This document shows positions 38,638 to 51,830 of a stretch of 64,000 bases of DNA, piece after piece. The notes under the pieces are model-generated. The model was not told the origin of the DNA and searched no databases. It saw only the letters and a program-made list of their open reading frames with translations. The first letter of the stretch is position 1. The number at the start of each line of letters is the position of its first letter. Both the position numbers and the translations under genes were made by a program. The DNA is from Octopus sinensis (lineage: Eukaryota), in contig NC_042997.1 in assembly GCF_006345805.1 (NCBI RefSeq), forward strand, positions 117,180,001 to 117,244,000. The letters run 5' to 3'.

Positions 38638-39000
38638 GATGCAGGCGTGACTGTGTAGTAAGACGTTTGCTTCCCAACCACACGGTTCCAGGTTCAGTCC
38701 CACTGCGTGGAATTCTAGTCAAGTGTCTACTGTTATAGCCTCAGGCTGATCAAAGCCTTGTGAGTGAATTTGATATACGAAAAGTGAAAGAAGTCCGTCG
38801 TGTGTGAGTGTGTGTGTGTGTATTTGTGTCTGTGTTTGTCTCCCACTACCGCTTGACAACCGGTGTTAGTATGTTTACATCTCTGTTGGGTGAAAGAGTC
38901 CGATAGAATGAGTATCAGATTTAAAATAATTAAGTACTAAGGTCTTTTCATTCGACTAAGACTTCTTCAAGTCGGTGCCCCAGTATGGCTACAGACTGAG
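38638..39000 (+). mobile_element. SINE family A
   Basis: gcaggcgtgactgtgtagtaag..caggttcagtcccactgcgtgg..gcttgacaaccgg..gtgccccagtatggc. Confidence 0.87.
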
Positions 39001-39049
39001 ATGTAATTGAATTACATGTTGTGCAAAATCGTTTATATTACAAAAACAG

Positions 39050-39186
39050 ATTAGTTTGCTTACCAACCTCATGGTCCCGGGTCCAATCTCACTGCGTTGC
39101 ACCTTGGGCAAGTGTCTACTATAAGCCTCGGACCGACCAAAGTCTTGTGATCGATTTGGTAGACGGAAACTGAAAGAAGCCCATCG

Positions 39187-39219
<33 letters not shown>

Positions 39220-39425
39220 GTGTGTGTCTGTGTTTGTCCGCCCACCATAGCTTGACAACCTATGCTGGTGTGTTTATGTCCTTGTAATTTAGCGGTTCGG
39301 CAAAAGAAACCGATAGAATAAGTACTAGGCTTACAAAGAATAAGTCCCGGGGTCGATTTGCTCGACTAAAAGCGGTGCTCCAGCATGCCCGCAGTTAAAT
39401 GACTGAAACAATTGAAAGAGTAACA
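39050..39425 (+). mobile_element. SINE family A (tandem to the previous copy)
   Basis: tttgcttaccaacc..caccttgggcaagtgtc..gtcccggggtcgatttgctcgactaaaagcggtgctccagcatg..gactgaaac. Confidence 0.9.
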
Positions 39426-41200
39426 GAGTAGACTTATAGACACAGAGAATATGTGTAATGGAATTAGTATAAGAGACTGTATTAGTTCCTTGAAAAAAGT
39501 GGAACACTCAGTTGCCAGCATTCGGACCTGTTTTGTGAACGCTTTCTCCATAATCAGTCACAAACGCCTTAAAAAGAGCCTTGGACACTGCTTTTCTCTC
39601 CATTTGATCGTGCGTGTGTGTGTGTGTGTTTTTCTTGCCTCCCAACTATTTGCTGTAATTATTTTTTTTTAAATAATAAGTACAAAAAAGGAACAAAAAA
39701 TATTGATGGTCATGTTGCCAGTTTAGCCTATAAAAACACACGCACTGTATATTTTGTGTTCACTTGCTTCGGCTTTATTTTATCTTTATCTTATTTCGGC
39801 CATAGTTCTTTCGTCACACTTCTGTGACCTCATTAGTGATCCTTTGCTTTCTCCCCTCTTTTTTTTTCTTTCCTTACTAGCCGTCTGCCATTTTGTATTC
39901 TTGTTGGATGTGACACAATCTTGCAAAGCAAATATATAAACGTAAAAAAAATGTTTTCTGCAAATATTATTTTATTTCAACAGGCACGTAGAATGCTGTT
40001 TATCACTTCAAGCCTTTGTTTGATTCTAATTAGGATATTGTCATTCAGAAAGGTCATCAAATGAATGCCTACTTGACATCGAAGAGCATTGATTTCACAG
40101 TTTTAAGATACTTTCAAGTATCAAATTAACCATTTCCATAGGGTATTGAATATTTGCAATTTCACACACACACTCTCTACTTCTATCTCCCTCTTCCTCT
40201 CTCACTCTATCCCTCTATTTCCTCTTATATATGCATGTATGATCGTGTGTGAGGCCTCGAGGTTAGAGTGTTGGCCGATTCTGCGATCAGTCAGTGCTGT
40301 GTCTTTGAGTAAAATACTTTATTTCATGCTACTTCGATCTACTCAGTGGAAAATGAGTTCCATCCGGCCATTGGTGCTGCCATCTTTCCTTCCACCTTTT
40401 ACATTTTTGTTGCTGTGCTCAATCATGGATGTCTACGTCTACCCACAACTATATGAACATTTGAAACATCTTGCAAAAACATATTACTAACAAAAAAGTC
40501 ATATTCATTACTGTGTGTGTGTGTGTGCGCGTGTGTGTGTGTGTGTGTGCGCGTGTGTGTGTGGTTGTCTACTCCCTACGCAGAGTGCCGACCACCTCTT
40601 GTACCTTAGATCCATCATGGCGTCTGATGTGGCTTTTTAAACCAGACAATGTGTTTCTATTAATTTCCATTTTCCTTTGATATGATTAAGTATATATATA
40701 TATATATATTATTTTACTGTTTTACACGTTTCAGTCATTTGACTGCGGCCAAGCTGAACCACCAGTTTCATTCGGTTCAATACGACTTAGAGCTTCGAAG
40801 GTTTCTTGAGAAATCTAGCCCATCGAGCTCAGTCCCATATGTCGTTTCACAGCGAAAGTGACGCGTAAAAAGAATATTCGTGCTATTACATGAACCATAA
40901 TCAAGTTGGAATCGTGTGTCTAAAATGGTCATAGAATACAGGCAGATAGTTATGGACACCAAAATGAAGAGCGCTATGGTTTATTTATATCCTTAATGGT
41001 TTTCAATGCCATTTACATTTTTTTCTGTACAAATATGTATACACACACAAACAGGCACACGCATACACACATATACCGATTTATAAATATATATATACAT
41101 GTATATGTGTGTGTGTGTGTATGTATGTATATACATATACCGATATATATAAATATTTATATATATGTGTGTGTATGTGTATATATATATATGCATACAG

Positions 41201-41229
<29 letters not shown>

Positions 41230-41241
<12 letters not shown>

Positions 41242-41600
41242 AGAATGAATGTTTTTATATATAATGAACGTGAAATACAGGAAGGGACGAACACGGAACA
41301 CAGACAAATCATTCGAAGCCTTCAATCTTCAGTCAGACACCGAATCATCATAGCAAATTTCGGCTGTTCAATTCTGATATTTGCTCCAACTCGGCCAGCC
41401 CCAAGAAAAAAAACTAAGCTGTAAGCATTAGATTTCTTGGTAGAAGACAGGAATGTGAACGCACAAGACATATGTATGTATGGAAAAAAAGTCAAAATAG
41501 AAAATGCTAAATGCTAAAATAATTTTATAAAGAACATTTCAGTACCGGTTTCAGTCATTTGGGACCTTTTCAACTATAACAATTAAATAATTAAATTTAG
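41230..41600. mobile_element. Interspersed repeat remnant, probably PLE-related
   Basis: Begins directly after (TA)n and resembles repeats I recall from Octopus; no coding evidence. Confidence 0.35.
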
Positions 41601-42134
41601 AAAAATTAAAAGAAAAGTTTTTTTAAAAGAATATTTGTATAGTGTTCAAATACAAGTGGCATTTTCCTTGTTTCTGCCTGTTTCTATTTCTCTTGTTTAC
41701 TCTTGTGGGTTCGAGGTATACACACACACATATGTATGTATGTGGATGTATGCGTGTGTTTGCATTTAAGCACAAATACACACATGCACACACACGCATA
41801 CACATTTACACACGTACAAGCACATACAGAATATACATCAGCAAACTCCAATTTTGGGCCAGCAGAAGTCGTTGTCAGGTGGTGTTCAGCTTCCTTGTAT
41901 CATTTTGATAACCCAGTTTATTCTGCAATAGAAGATAGCCACATGCTAAATATTTATCAAGTATAACTGCGCTGTATCATACGGTTTTATGTTGCAGGAT
42001 TAGCAATTATTAAATTAGAAGTTACAACGGAGGGTAGTGACGACAATAAGTGGATTTTATTCGATTCTGTTGTTAATTAACTCAAAAGCACGCACATATG
42101 TGTATGTATTTACATATGTATGAATGAATGCGTG

Positions 42135-42399
42135 TTTATAACGAATGGATGAGATAGATAGACAGGCAGGCAGACAGACAAACAGATGGACAGATAGATA
42201 GATAGGTAGACGGACGGACGGATGAACGGACAGACAGACAGACAGATAAATAGATACATAGATACATAAATACATACATACAGACAGACAGATAAATAGA
42301 TACATTCATAAATACATAGAAACTTCCATACATACATAGATGACTATATAGATAAATACATAGATACATAGATGGCCAAAAATTTACATACATGGCTAT

Positions 42400-42434
<35 letters not shown>

Positions 42435-42490
42435 CATACATACATACATACACATGCCTACATGGCTAGACGGCTGGATTGATGGATGGA
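42135..42490. repeat. Mixed (GATA)n/(GACA)n/(GATG)n/(TACA)n tract
   Basis: Directly visible. Confidence 0.9.
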
Positions 42491-42809
42491 TGGAGGGATA
42501 TTGATAGTCGATATCGCCATATGAGTATCCAGTTGTTAGGTCGATTCGACAATCTAGTCACGAAATGAGCATACGAAATGGTTGAGATTTCGACGAACAA
42601 GTGTAATCTTAACGTAATTTTCATGTAGAATCAGCTTAATACTGGCCTGGCAAGACCGAGACATTAATTTTGAGACACATCAATCCTACCTAGTCATGTA
42701 CTGAAATCGAACTGGACGTCATGAACATGACGTGAACTCCACAACCACTCAGTGATATATGAAAGAGCCTTTCTATATAAGCACACACACATACACACAC
42801 ACACACACA

Positions 42810-42975
42810 ACCGGTGCCATTGCGTTTAGATCCCTGTAACTTAGTGTTTCGGCTAAAGAACCCGATAGAATAATTACCAGGCTTTGAAATATTCAAATGG
42901 AGTTGATTCGTTCTACTAAAATTCTTCAAAGTGGTGCCCCAGCATAGCCGTAGTCCGATGACTAAAACAAACAAA
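42810..42975 (+). mobile_element. SINE family A, 3' half
   Basis: ccctgtaacttagtgtttcggctaaagaacccgatagaataa..gtggtgccccagcatagccgtagtc..atgactaaaacaa. Confidence 0.8.
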
Positions 42976-42984
42976 TGATGTGTG

Positions 42985-43109
42985 CATAAAATATGCATGC
43001 ATATATATATATATATATATACATACACACGTGTGTGTGTACTTATATGTATGAGTATATATATATACATGTGTGTATATATGTATATATGTGTGTATAT
43101 GTATGTATG

Positions 43110-43166
<57 letters not shown>

Positions 43167-43240
43167 ATATATATGTGTGTGTATGTGTATATATATATAT
43201 ATGTACATATATATATATATGTGTGTGTGTGTGTATATAT

Positions 43241-43274
<34 letters not shown>

Positions 43275-43334
43275 ATATGTAATATATATATATATGTACA
43301 TATATATATATATGTGTGTGTGTGTTGTATATAT

Positions 43335-43366
<32 letters not shown>

Positions 43367-43470
43367 GCATATGTATATACATACACACGCATACATGTAT
43401 ATATATGTATATACATACGTATATATATGTATATACATATATATATATATATATATATACATGTATATAT
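42985..43470. repeat. (TA)n/(TG)n compound array
   Basis: Directly visible. Confidence 0.95.
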
Positions 43471-43788
43471 AAAATGTAAAAAGTAAAAGTGTCAAAAGGA
43501 AGAGTAAAAACGGTTAGGCAGCTTTTTAATCGCTACAAATGTTTCGATACATACAGACCCTCGTATATACAGGATTTAAAGTTTAAATTAAATTATTTAA
43601 CAATTTACCTGTATAAGGAGATCTATATATATATATATCTCCTCAGGCGATACTCAGTTGCTGTCTCCGTAAGCAAAATTTAGAATTCCATGCTGCAGCA
43701 TCCATACACTCTTTTACTGGAGGAAGTCAGAAAAACAATGGTGGTGCTCCAGCATGACCACGGCCGCATGGCTGAGACGAGTAAAAGA

Positions 43789-43844
<56 letters not shown>

Positions 43845-44244
43845 ATATCGGTATTTGTATGCGCGTGCGTGGCAGTAGAAAAACCAGAAGAAAGAAGGGG
43901 AGAATACGTGAGTGAGAATGAAATGCCTGTTATTTGTATTTCAAATGTGTATATCTTTACTGGCCTTTACATCAACTATTCTCTCCCTATAGACTCTGAA
44001 AATGTGAGATTATCCACATGTTTCTATCGGGTATGTGTTTCGTATCTCGTGCATCTGCTTATACTACATGCAAAGAACGGTTGAAATAAATCTTCCACTA
44101 TTAAGAAAGAAATGTAATAACTGAATATTACATAATATAGATAGGCAAGTTTTGTTTAAAAAGAAAAACTGCTCGCAAATCAGAGTAAACAAAATGAGCG
44201 CACGCCTACATATGCATTCTCATATACATACTCAGACACACTTC

Positions 44245-44463
44245 TCTGCGATGCTGAAAAGTCCCTGCCTTTTGGGTAAAAGTAAATACAAAAAGATCAG
44301 TTAAATATGATTTTATTCAACATATTCCCCTCTCAGATTCACACACTTATTGCAGCGGTTCTTCGCATTTTCTAAGTCATACAAAAGAACTCGGAAGGTA
44401 AGACTTCCAGCAACGCCTTTCCCGATACCCTTAAAACCAGGAACTTTTTAGCTGCCATTCGTA
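44245..44463. mobile_element. Mariner/Tc1-like MITE, copy 2
   Basis: gctgaaaagtccctg..cccctctcagattcacacacttattgcagcgg..ccaggaactttttagc..cgta. Confidence 0.78.
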
Positions 44464-44559
44464 CATCATGTATGTGTATGTGTTTATGTGTACGTGTATA
44501 TGTGTGTGTGTCCCTGTACTTAGAAATTCTGCGTCAATGTCCGGCGTTCTAATGAGCCT

Positions 44560-44880
44560 TTAACTCCTCGGCTCGTTTGAGGCGTATCTCAAGTACAATA
44601 TTACAGCGATAAAAAAAAATTCCCATTACATAAGGATGATCTTGGCTATTTTAGGGGTCTTCAGCGTCATCCGGAGATCATGATGGTTTCATTCAACCGA
44701 GCATCTGACTTTTGATACCGAATATCTTGCTTTGGTTTGTCTTTGAATCATGCCAAAAGGATGAAGAAGGTCTATGTGTTACTGTGCAATACTGTGCCCA
44801 TATTCCAATATCCAGTTTATCCTGTTCGACAAATCAAATACACGTCAAGAAAACTCCAGAGTAATAGACCACTGATCCCA
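44560..44880 (-). mobile_element. Possible decayed RTE-like LINE fragment
   Basis: Minus-strand manual translation includes RMTLKTPKIAKIIL, loosely like RTE 'RMxxxRxxKxIL'. Weak. Confidence 0.25.
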
Positions 44881-44893
44881 CTTAAATAAACTA

Positions 44894-44926
<33 letters not shown>

Positions 44927-46372
44927 TCCAAGTGACCAAGAGGCGTCCTCTAATTCTTAGATCGACACACTTCTTAAAGGGCACCAACACCGAACCAGAG
45001 AACCGCGCGGGCAGTCAGAAGATCGTGGAAATCTGCATCGACTTGTAAATGTACAATTGTGTTATGCATGTTGAAGCAAACATATAAAATAAATTGTTAT
45101 TCATTGAAAGTATTATTTCATGATGAAGGCTACGAAATGGCTGTAATCCGAAGGATAATGGTTAAATAATTACATTCCCCTCTCGTAGCTCCTGACTTAT
45201 TACTATGTGTGTGTACGTGTGTGTGTGTGTGTGTGCGTTTACACACACAACACACGGAAATATAGGGCATGTTTGTTTGTGAGAGAAATAGAAGTAACAA
45301 ATATACAAGAGAAAAGATATGATTGTATGATCACATAGAGGTGTGGTATACTGGAATTTCCTTCGCATTGAATAATATACCATTGGCAGAAGCGTAGAAA
45401 TGAAACTGTCTGAAGGCAGCCTATTAACTTGAAAATACGCATTCATCAGTTATTGGATACTGAAATACTTGGAAAAAAACCTATACTTCCTGCGAAATTT
45501 GTATACATTCATGTGATATCGTATAAGATAAATGATTGCATAAGTTTATACGTAAATGTGTTCATGAATATTGTTCTTATCTGCATTTATTTACTGGCAT
45601 TTCCTTTTCATGTCTGCATGAGTATATTACTCAATACTCAAATGAAAACGTGTTTACGTGTGTGCTGTTGTTTTCTTCATTTACATGCATTTATTTGTGC
45701 ATATGTCTGCAAGTGTATGTTTTGTATATGGATGTTTGAAATCAGCGTCCTTTGACGTCTCTTACGACTACATTTAGATAACGGCCATTAACAGTGACGA
45801 GTAATTCACTCTCGTTGAACGTCGTCAGTTTAAAGTGGATTCATTCGTTTCATACAAGTATACTCGAATCTAACGTGTGCAGAAGTTTATTGGTTGAGCA
45901 CCTAGCTACTCGAATTGAAGTATTTTAAACAAATACTGTTTTCTCAAAACTGCAATCATCATCATAAAGCCACGGGCTTATTAGCTTAAACAATAACACC
46001 TAGTACTTTACAGCAATTTAATTGGAAAGGGCTGAATAGTTTATAGAGAATGTGTTGATGTTTAATGCTTTCAATTTGCATGGGATTTTCAGAGTACTTT
46101 GTTTTTGTTTTGTTTTTATATCTTTTTTTTACTGAATTACAAGGAATGCTAGTATTTACTGGTTCAATATAGATGCTGAATAATTTGTTAAAATATAAGT
46201 ATGACTTATTCAAGTGAAAATACTGACAAAACTATATATATATATGTGTGTGTGTTCATGTGTGTAGAGAGAGGGAGAGAGACGATACATATACATACAT
46301 AAATTCTACAACATATATTTATACACATATATGTATATATGTGTGCGTGTATGTGTCTATGTATATGTATAT

Positions 46373-46599
46373 AAACAATTGCTGCGTGGAAGGTGTTTAT
46401 AAGCCATTTATGAAACACACAAAAACCGTTACATTCACTTCAACATTTGAATTTAATTTGCCAAATTACTTTCGTCGTTTTGAGATCGTGACTAGCGACG
46501 AAAATATTTTGACAAATTAAATTTAAATGTTGAAGTGAATCTCACGGTTTTTGTGTGTTTTTAGATGGCTTATAAACACTTTGCATGCTGCAATTGTTT
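46373..46599. repeat. Fold-back element: about 105-bp inverted arms, 18-nt loop
   Basis: Arms 46373-46477 and 46496-46599; about a dozen differences by eye. Confidence 0.9.
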
Positions 46600-46742
46600 T
46601 TGTTTTGTTTCAACACATGATCTCAGATCAGGTCACTTGATATGCAAGTACATCTCAGTAATATATATATACGTATAATAGGGATGACCAATTGATGTTA
46701 ATTAAATTAATATTCAATTTATCACCTTCATTATTTAAATTT

Positions 46743-46773
<31 letters not shown>

Positions 46774-46839
46774 AAGTATAATTACATATGTTAATATATA
46801 TGTACACTCATAATATACAGAGGTAAATGCAGGGATAAG

Positions 46840-47110
46840 CAAGTTAGACAAATAAATATATAAAGTACATTTAATACGTGAAATACAAAAACGTATATAT
46901 ATGTTCACCTACAGAAAGGTCCGACCTACATAGAATACAAATGATATAGAGAATTAAAGGGATTGAAGAAAAGTATTACAAATCCAAGAGCTGTTTCTGG
47001 GTGCTCGATGGTCCAAAATGATATTTGTGGTTTGATTCCATCATCGGATGAGACGAGCCACCGTCTTCAGGGAAGAGATCATACGTTTGAGATGTTGAAG
47101 GAAAGAAGGA
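46840..47110 (-). mobile_element. Penelope-like remnant with a hammerhead-like motif at 46982-47074
   Basis: Minus strand: TTCC-CTGAAGA-C-GGT-G-GCTCG..CGAGC-ACC-CA-GAAAC-AGCT-CTT-GGAT. Confidence 0.55.
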
Positions 47111-47449
47111 AATATGGACATTTTTTATATGCAAACATATACATTTTTAATTGTATTTCATATATTTAATATACTTTATATATTGATTTATCTAACTTAT
47201 TCCTACATTTACTTCTATACCCGCTCAAGTTTAAATCTCTTGAGCACTACGTAGTGTATTCTATACGGGGAATACCTATTCTCCTGTATGAAATATATAT
47301 GTGTGTGTGTGTGTGTGTTAAATTTTATTTAACAATAAGGAAATTCTAGTATCATGACAAATTGTTTCGTAACTTAAAAACATGTAAATAATTCATATAG
47401 TTATATTTAATAATAATTAAATTACTTATATGCATGCATTAATGAAAAA

Positions 47450-47500
<51 letters not shown>

Positions 47501-48122
47501 TCTGGAACTGTGTGAATCATATACGTCCATCTGTTACAGTACTTGACAACAGTACAGGAAAGACTGTACCACTGTAAAATCAAGGTTAAGAAAGAACATC
47601 CTGATGATTTGATGAATATCACGTACATTTTAATATAATTATTTGCTGTCGTTTCATACTACTTCGACAATAATTGACCAAATGAGCTATTTATTCAAAT
47701 TATGTTTTACAAGTAATCCATTTGCAGATTGGGTAATATTGCTCCTTGATATTTTGCAACACATAATAATGTTTATATAATTTATACGGATTGAATTGGA
47801 CAATCAGAAGCAAGCAGGTGTTAAAAACAATTGGAAAGAGCGGTCTGTTTCAGCTTGGGGTTTTCTCCAACTAGTTTTCGGTACCTTGTGTTTCATTATG
47901 GTACCAAAGATGATTGGAGAGATCCCCCACAGTTGACTTATCATCGATTACTAAAACTCCAACTTATAGAACTATGTTCATTATCAACATTTAATGGTGG
48001 ACATTGGCATCAAAATTTACCTTTTGCCAGACTCAGTGTAATGAATGCAGCAGATGTAACGGACGGTGGTTCGGTAATATACTCCGTGTGATATATTTTG
48101 CTTTGTTTTGATTTTAAAATTA

Positions 48123-48344
48123 TACGAGGGAGTACTGAAAAGTTCCAGGCTATGAGTAAAAGAAAATGCAGGAGGATCAGTTAATTATGATTTTACTTAA
48201 CATATTCCCCCTCTCAGATTCACACACTTATTGCAGCGGTCCTTCAGTTTTTCTAAACCCTGTAAAAGAATTCGGAAAGTTGGGCCTCCAACCAAGCCTT
48301 TCACAAAACCCTTAAAGCCAGGAACTGTTCAGTACCCCTTCGTG
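48123..48344. mobile_element. Mariner/Tc1-like MITE, copy 3
   Basis: tacgagggagtactgaaaagttccaggct .. agccaggaactgttcagtaccccttcgtg. Confidence 0.82.
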
Positions 48345-48861
48345 TTAGTTTCCACTAATTTGACTCTGTCTATTTCAGTTCCATTTTTCACGTCATCTCA
48401 TCGTTTTATCTTATCTGTTTGAAATAACATTATCTAAGAGATATCGATATGGTTTAAGTAACTGCATAAATCAACAGTATTATCATTCAGACACCAGATT
48501 ATAAGACATAACTACATAACTTCAGCAAGATGCAATTTTAGTAAATGATATCTTGCTGCTACGAAACTATTGAAAATCTTTTAATATGTATCTTTCACGG
48601 CATAATTTGTAAAAAAAAATAATTCAAATGCCTATGTATTATGGGTGTGAGCGTTAAATTTTCAACTTCATTAACATTACAAAACTATAATGAACAAAAT
48701 AATTAAGTAAATAGAATATACAACTATCGAAATATATTTTTATATATCTCAAATAACATTAATCCAAACTCGTTTAGGTCGAAGACAATCTTTGGCTATT
48801 ATAATAAACATACAACAATATATATATGTATATAAATTAAGGATCGGGGTCTATATATATA

Positions 48862-49031
48862 ACAGGAGCACTCCGTCGGTTACGACGACGAGGGGCCCAG
48901 CTGATACGATCAACGGAACAGCTTGGTCGTGAAATTAATATGCAAGTGACCGGGAATATGCGTCGCCGGGAATTGAACTCACGACCTTTTGATCGTGAGC
49001 CGAATGCTCTGACCACTAAGCCATGCACCTT
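48862..49031 (-). mobile_element. SINE family D with internal deletion
   Basis: gcactccgtcggttacgacgacgagg..gggaattgaactcacgacc..ctgaccactaagccatgc; tRNA-like A and B boxes on the minus strand. Confidence 0.82.
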
Positions 49032-50964
49032 CACATGCGCACACACACACATATGTACATATAGATAGATAGAGTGTGAGAGAGAGATGCGTGTGTACAT
49101 GTGTGCGGTGTGTGTGTTTATGTCGAATTTATAGAAGTTTACATTAAACTGATTACTTAATATTTCATGTAGAATATATGATTATTACCAGAGTAGTGCC
49201 AACAGTGACTTCGAAGATTCGGCCTGCTTAGCCTCCATCGCACACTCTGGAGAAGGCTAAGTAGACCAAAACTCCGAAACTACTGTCAACGCTAATTTTG
49301 TCAAAGAATGATATATGTATTAGTATGCTTGTATGTGTGCGTGTAAGAATATGTATGTGTATGTGTGTATGTAAGAATATGTATGTGTACGTGTGTGTTT
49401 GTGTAAGAATGTGTGTGTGTATGTGCGTGTGTGAGCGTATGTATATGCATACTAGATAGACATTTTTAGTAAGAGCAGGCATATACTTGTAGATATTTAT
49501 ACATCGAATGGTAGTGGGCACTATATTAGAATTGGTCATTAAACTCAAGTGACTGGTAGAAAATATTTAGGAAATCAGATCTTGGAGTCTTTATTATGAA
49601 AGGTTATCTTAGTGGAAGAAAATCGAAAAAATAACAAGAAAATAAACATCAAATAGGAATATTCTAAAAAAGACTGTTTACAAAGGAAGTGAAAATATAT
49701 TAAGTTAGAATGGAAACGAGTACGCGAATTCGAATCTCGTTGAATTTGTTATCATATAATATACACATAAGAGAAACATAATAAAATTTATTTGGTGGAA
49801 GGCTATAAAACTACTTCAAAACTGTTGGTACTCATTCATCTTTTCCTACTGTGTTTAATTTTCTTGAGGCTTCACCAAAAAAAAAAACGGTTTGTATATA
49901 AACAGGATAAAGTTCCAGAGGTAAAGGTTTCTTTGTGTTTTTTGTTCCAATATATGGATGGAATATGATAAATAGCTGGAAGCTTGGGTTCGATTCTACT
50001 GGCTGGCATCTTTGGCAAATGTACCGTTGCTTCAGACCAACTTCTATATTGTGAGTAAAAGTGAGTTGGCGGAAATTATGCGGATGATTTTTGGATGGAT
50101 TGTACGTATCGTTACTATTATGTTAAACTGTCGTATGTCGAACTGACCAAATGCGTTTTCTTTTATTTTTAAATATTTATTTTATTTTTGTTTGCAATAG
50201 CCGCTTCTTTTGGTCAAACAATCGTATCACCAGCTGCTTCAGGTGTCAAGATATCAAAATTTGTCAAAGTGTAGTACAACGATTTTGCCATAGAATGGTG
50301 AATATCTTTTCGTTTTCTGAAAAAGCAACGTTTTGGACTTACGACACTTTTGTATTATTGCAACGATGGAATTCTAAGATCCATACTTGTGTTACATCAA
50401 GTCTACGTGAGTCATATGTCAGCTACATACACGTTAATACAATCAGCTGGTAATTCAGATGAATCAAAAAGGTGATTCCTTATCGTTGAAACCGACTGAG
50501 ATCCATTGATTTTACTGCTCAAGTGTAAACTTCAATTTTTTGAAACTGCAAAAACAAACAAATTAGACGGTTTACAATGAATTTTAATGAAAGAGTCCAT
50601 ATTTACAGCTGGAAGAACATAGCAAAGAGAATTATGTATGAAGAAATGATTCATGATTTTAGCGAATTTTAACATTGCTATTTACTTTCTGTCAGACTTC
50701 AAATATTAGCAGAAAATCTAAAACGATTTCATAACTTCGTTTGTAGAAGTGATGTTCATTTTTCTGTACCTGCATTGCTTAGGCTTGTGCTTCTTAACTA
50801 TAATTATTTTTTTGTTATGGCCCCTTTTGGTCCCTATTTTACTCGTATGGCCCCTCGTAGCCATTCGTTGTTTTAAAAAAAATATATTTTTATACTTAAA
50901 CATTATTAGGAACTATATTTAAAAAATTGTTAAAATAATTTGTATACTCTAGAAGTACAATCAA

Positions 50965-51322
50965 ATTACCTCTGCCTTAGCGAAGGTGAAGGTTTGTTTG
51001 TTTGTCCGTGGACAAGATATCTCAAGAACCGCTGGATGGGTTCGGATGAAACTTTCAGGGATGTTTGGCCTCGTGACTGGCACGAACTGATTAGATTTTG
51101 GGATCGATCCAGTACTGGACAAGGATTCTGGATTATTTTTTCCTTTTTTTTACTCAATTTTTTACAGCGGTCGGGTTCATTTTTAGCATTCTCGTTTGTG
51201 AGCGCAGTCGAGTTTATTTTAAATATTCTCATTTTAAAAAAACATCTCCGGTTAATCGTTGAGAGGACGCTGGTGGCTGGTGTTGCCTTGGCGGAGGTTT
51301 GCGCTCTCTGAGTGCTCTTGTT
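50965..51322 (+). mobile_element. Non-autonomous Helentron-type element (HINE/DINE-1-like)
   Basis: 5' ACCTCTGCCTT-AGCG-AAGGTGAAGGT hairpin, (GTTT)n, 3' subterminal CCTTGGCGGAGGT (imperfect inverse of the 5' end), stem-loop GCGCTC-TCT-GAGTGC, T-rich end. Confidence 0.72.
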
Positions 51323-51614
51323 GTACATAAATTTTATCAACTAATCTTACATGGACCTCCGGTTGAGCACACTGGGCTAGATGAATGTATCGAGACAATA
51401 CCATTTCGGTCGCTACCTCCTACCTGTTTTTCATCCGTCAACTATAATTTATTACTCATTTCCCTGCAGTGTATACTATAAAAATATACTAGTTCGTGTA
51501 TTGGATGACCTAAGTTTGATGAACAAGAAAAGAAAGTGTGAAGCAAAGCTAATCCTAAATTACAAACAAAGATGAATATAATCCGACTAAATATTTCTCA
51601 TATTTTACCTTATA

Positions 51615-51830
51615 TCTTTTACTTGTTTCAATCATTGGACTGCAGCCATCTTGAGGCACTGCCTTGAAAAAGTTTGAGTTGAATAAATTTACCCCAACAC
51701 TTAGTTTTTAAGCCTGGTGCTTATTCTATGGCTCTCATTTACCTACCCACAAGGCCACGGACACGTAAACAAACGAACACCATTTATCAAGTGGAGAGAC
51801 AGACAACACACAATGAGCATTCTTTTTTTA
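51615..51830 (-). mobile_element. SINE family A, 3' half, decayed
   Basis: cttttacttgtttcaatcattggactgcagccat..aagcctggtgcttattctat..gacacgtaaac. Confidence 0.75.

Noticed and set aside
47831-48091. 86-aa plus-strand ORF in unique sequence
   Set aside because: No recognisable homology or splice signals; the length is within chance expectation.
49190-49258. Possible 68-nt minus-strand exon (PSPECAMEAKQAESSKSLLALL)
   Set aside because: Splice signals are only moderate, the length is not frame-preserving, and no partner exon is apparent.
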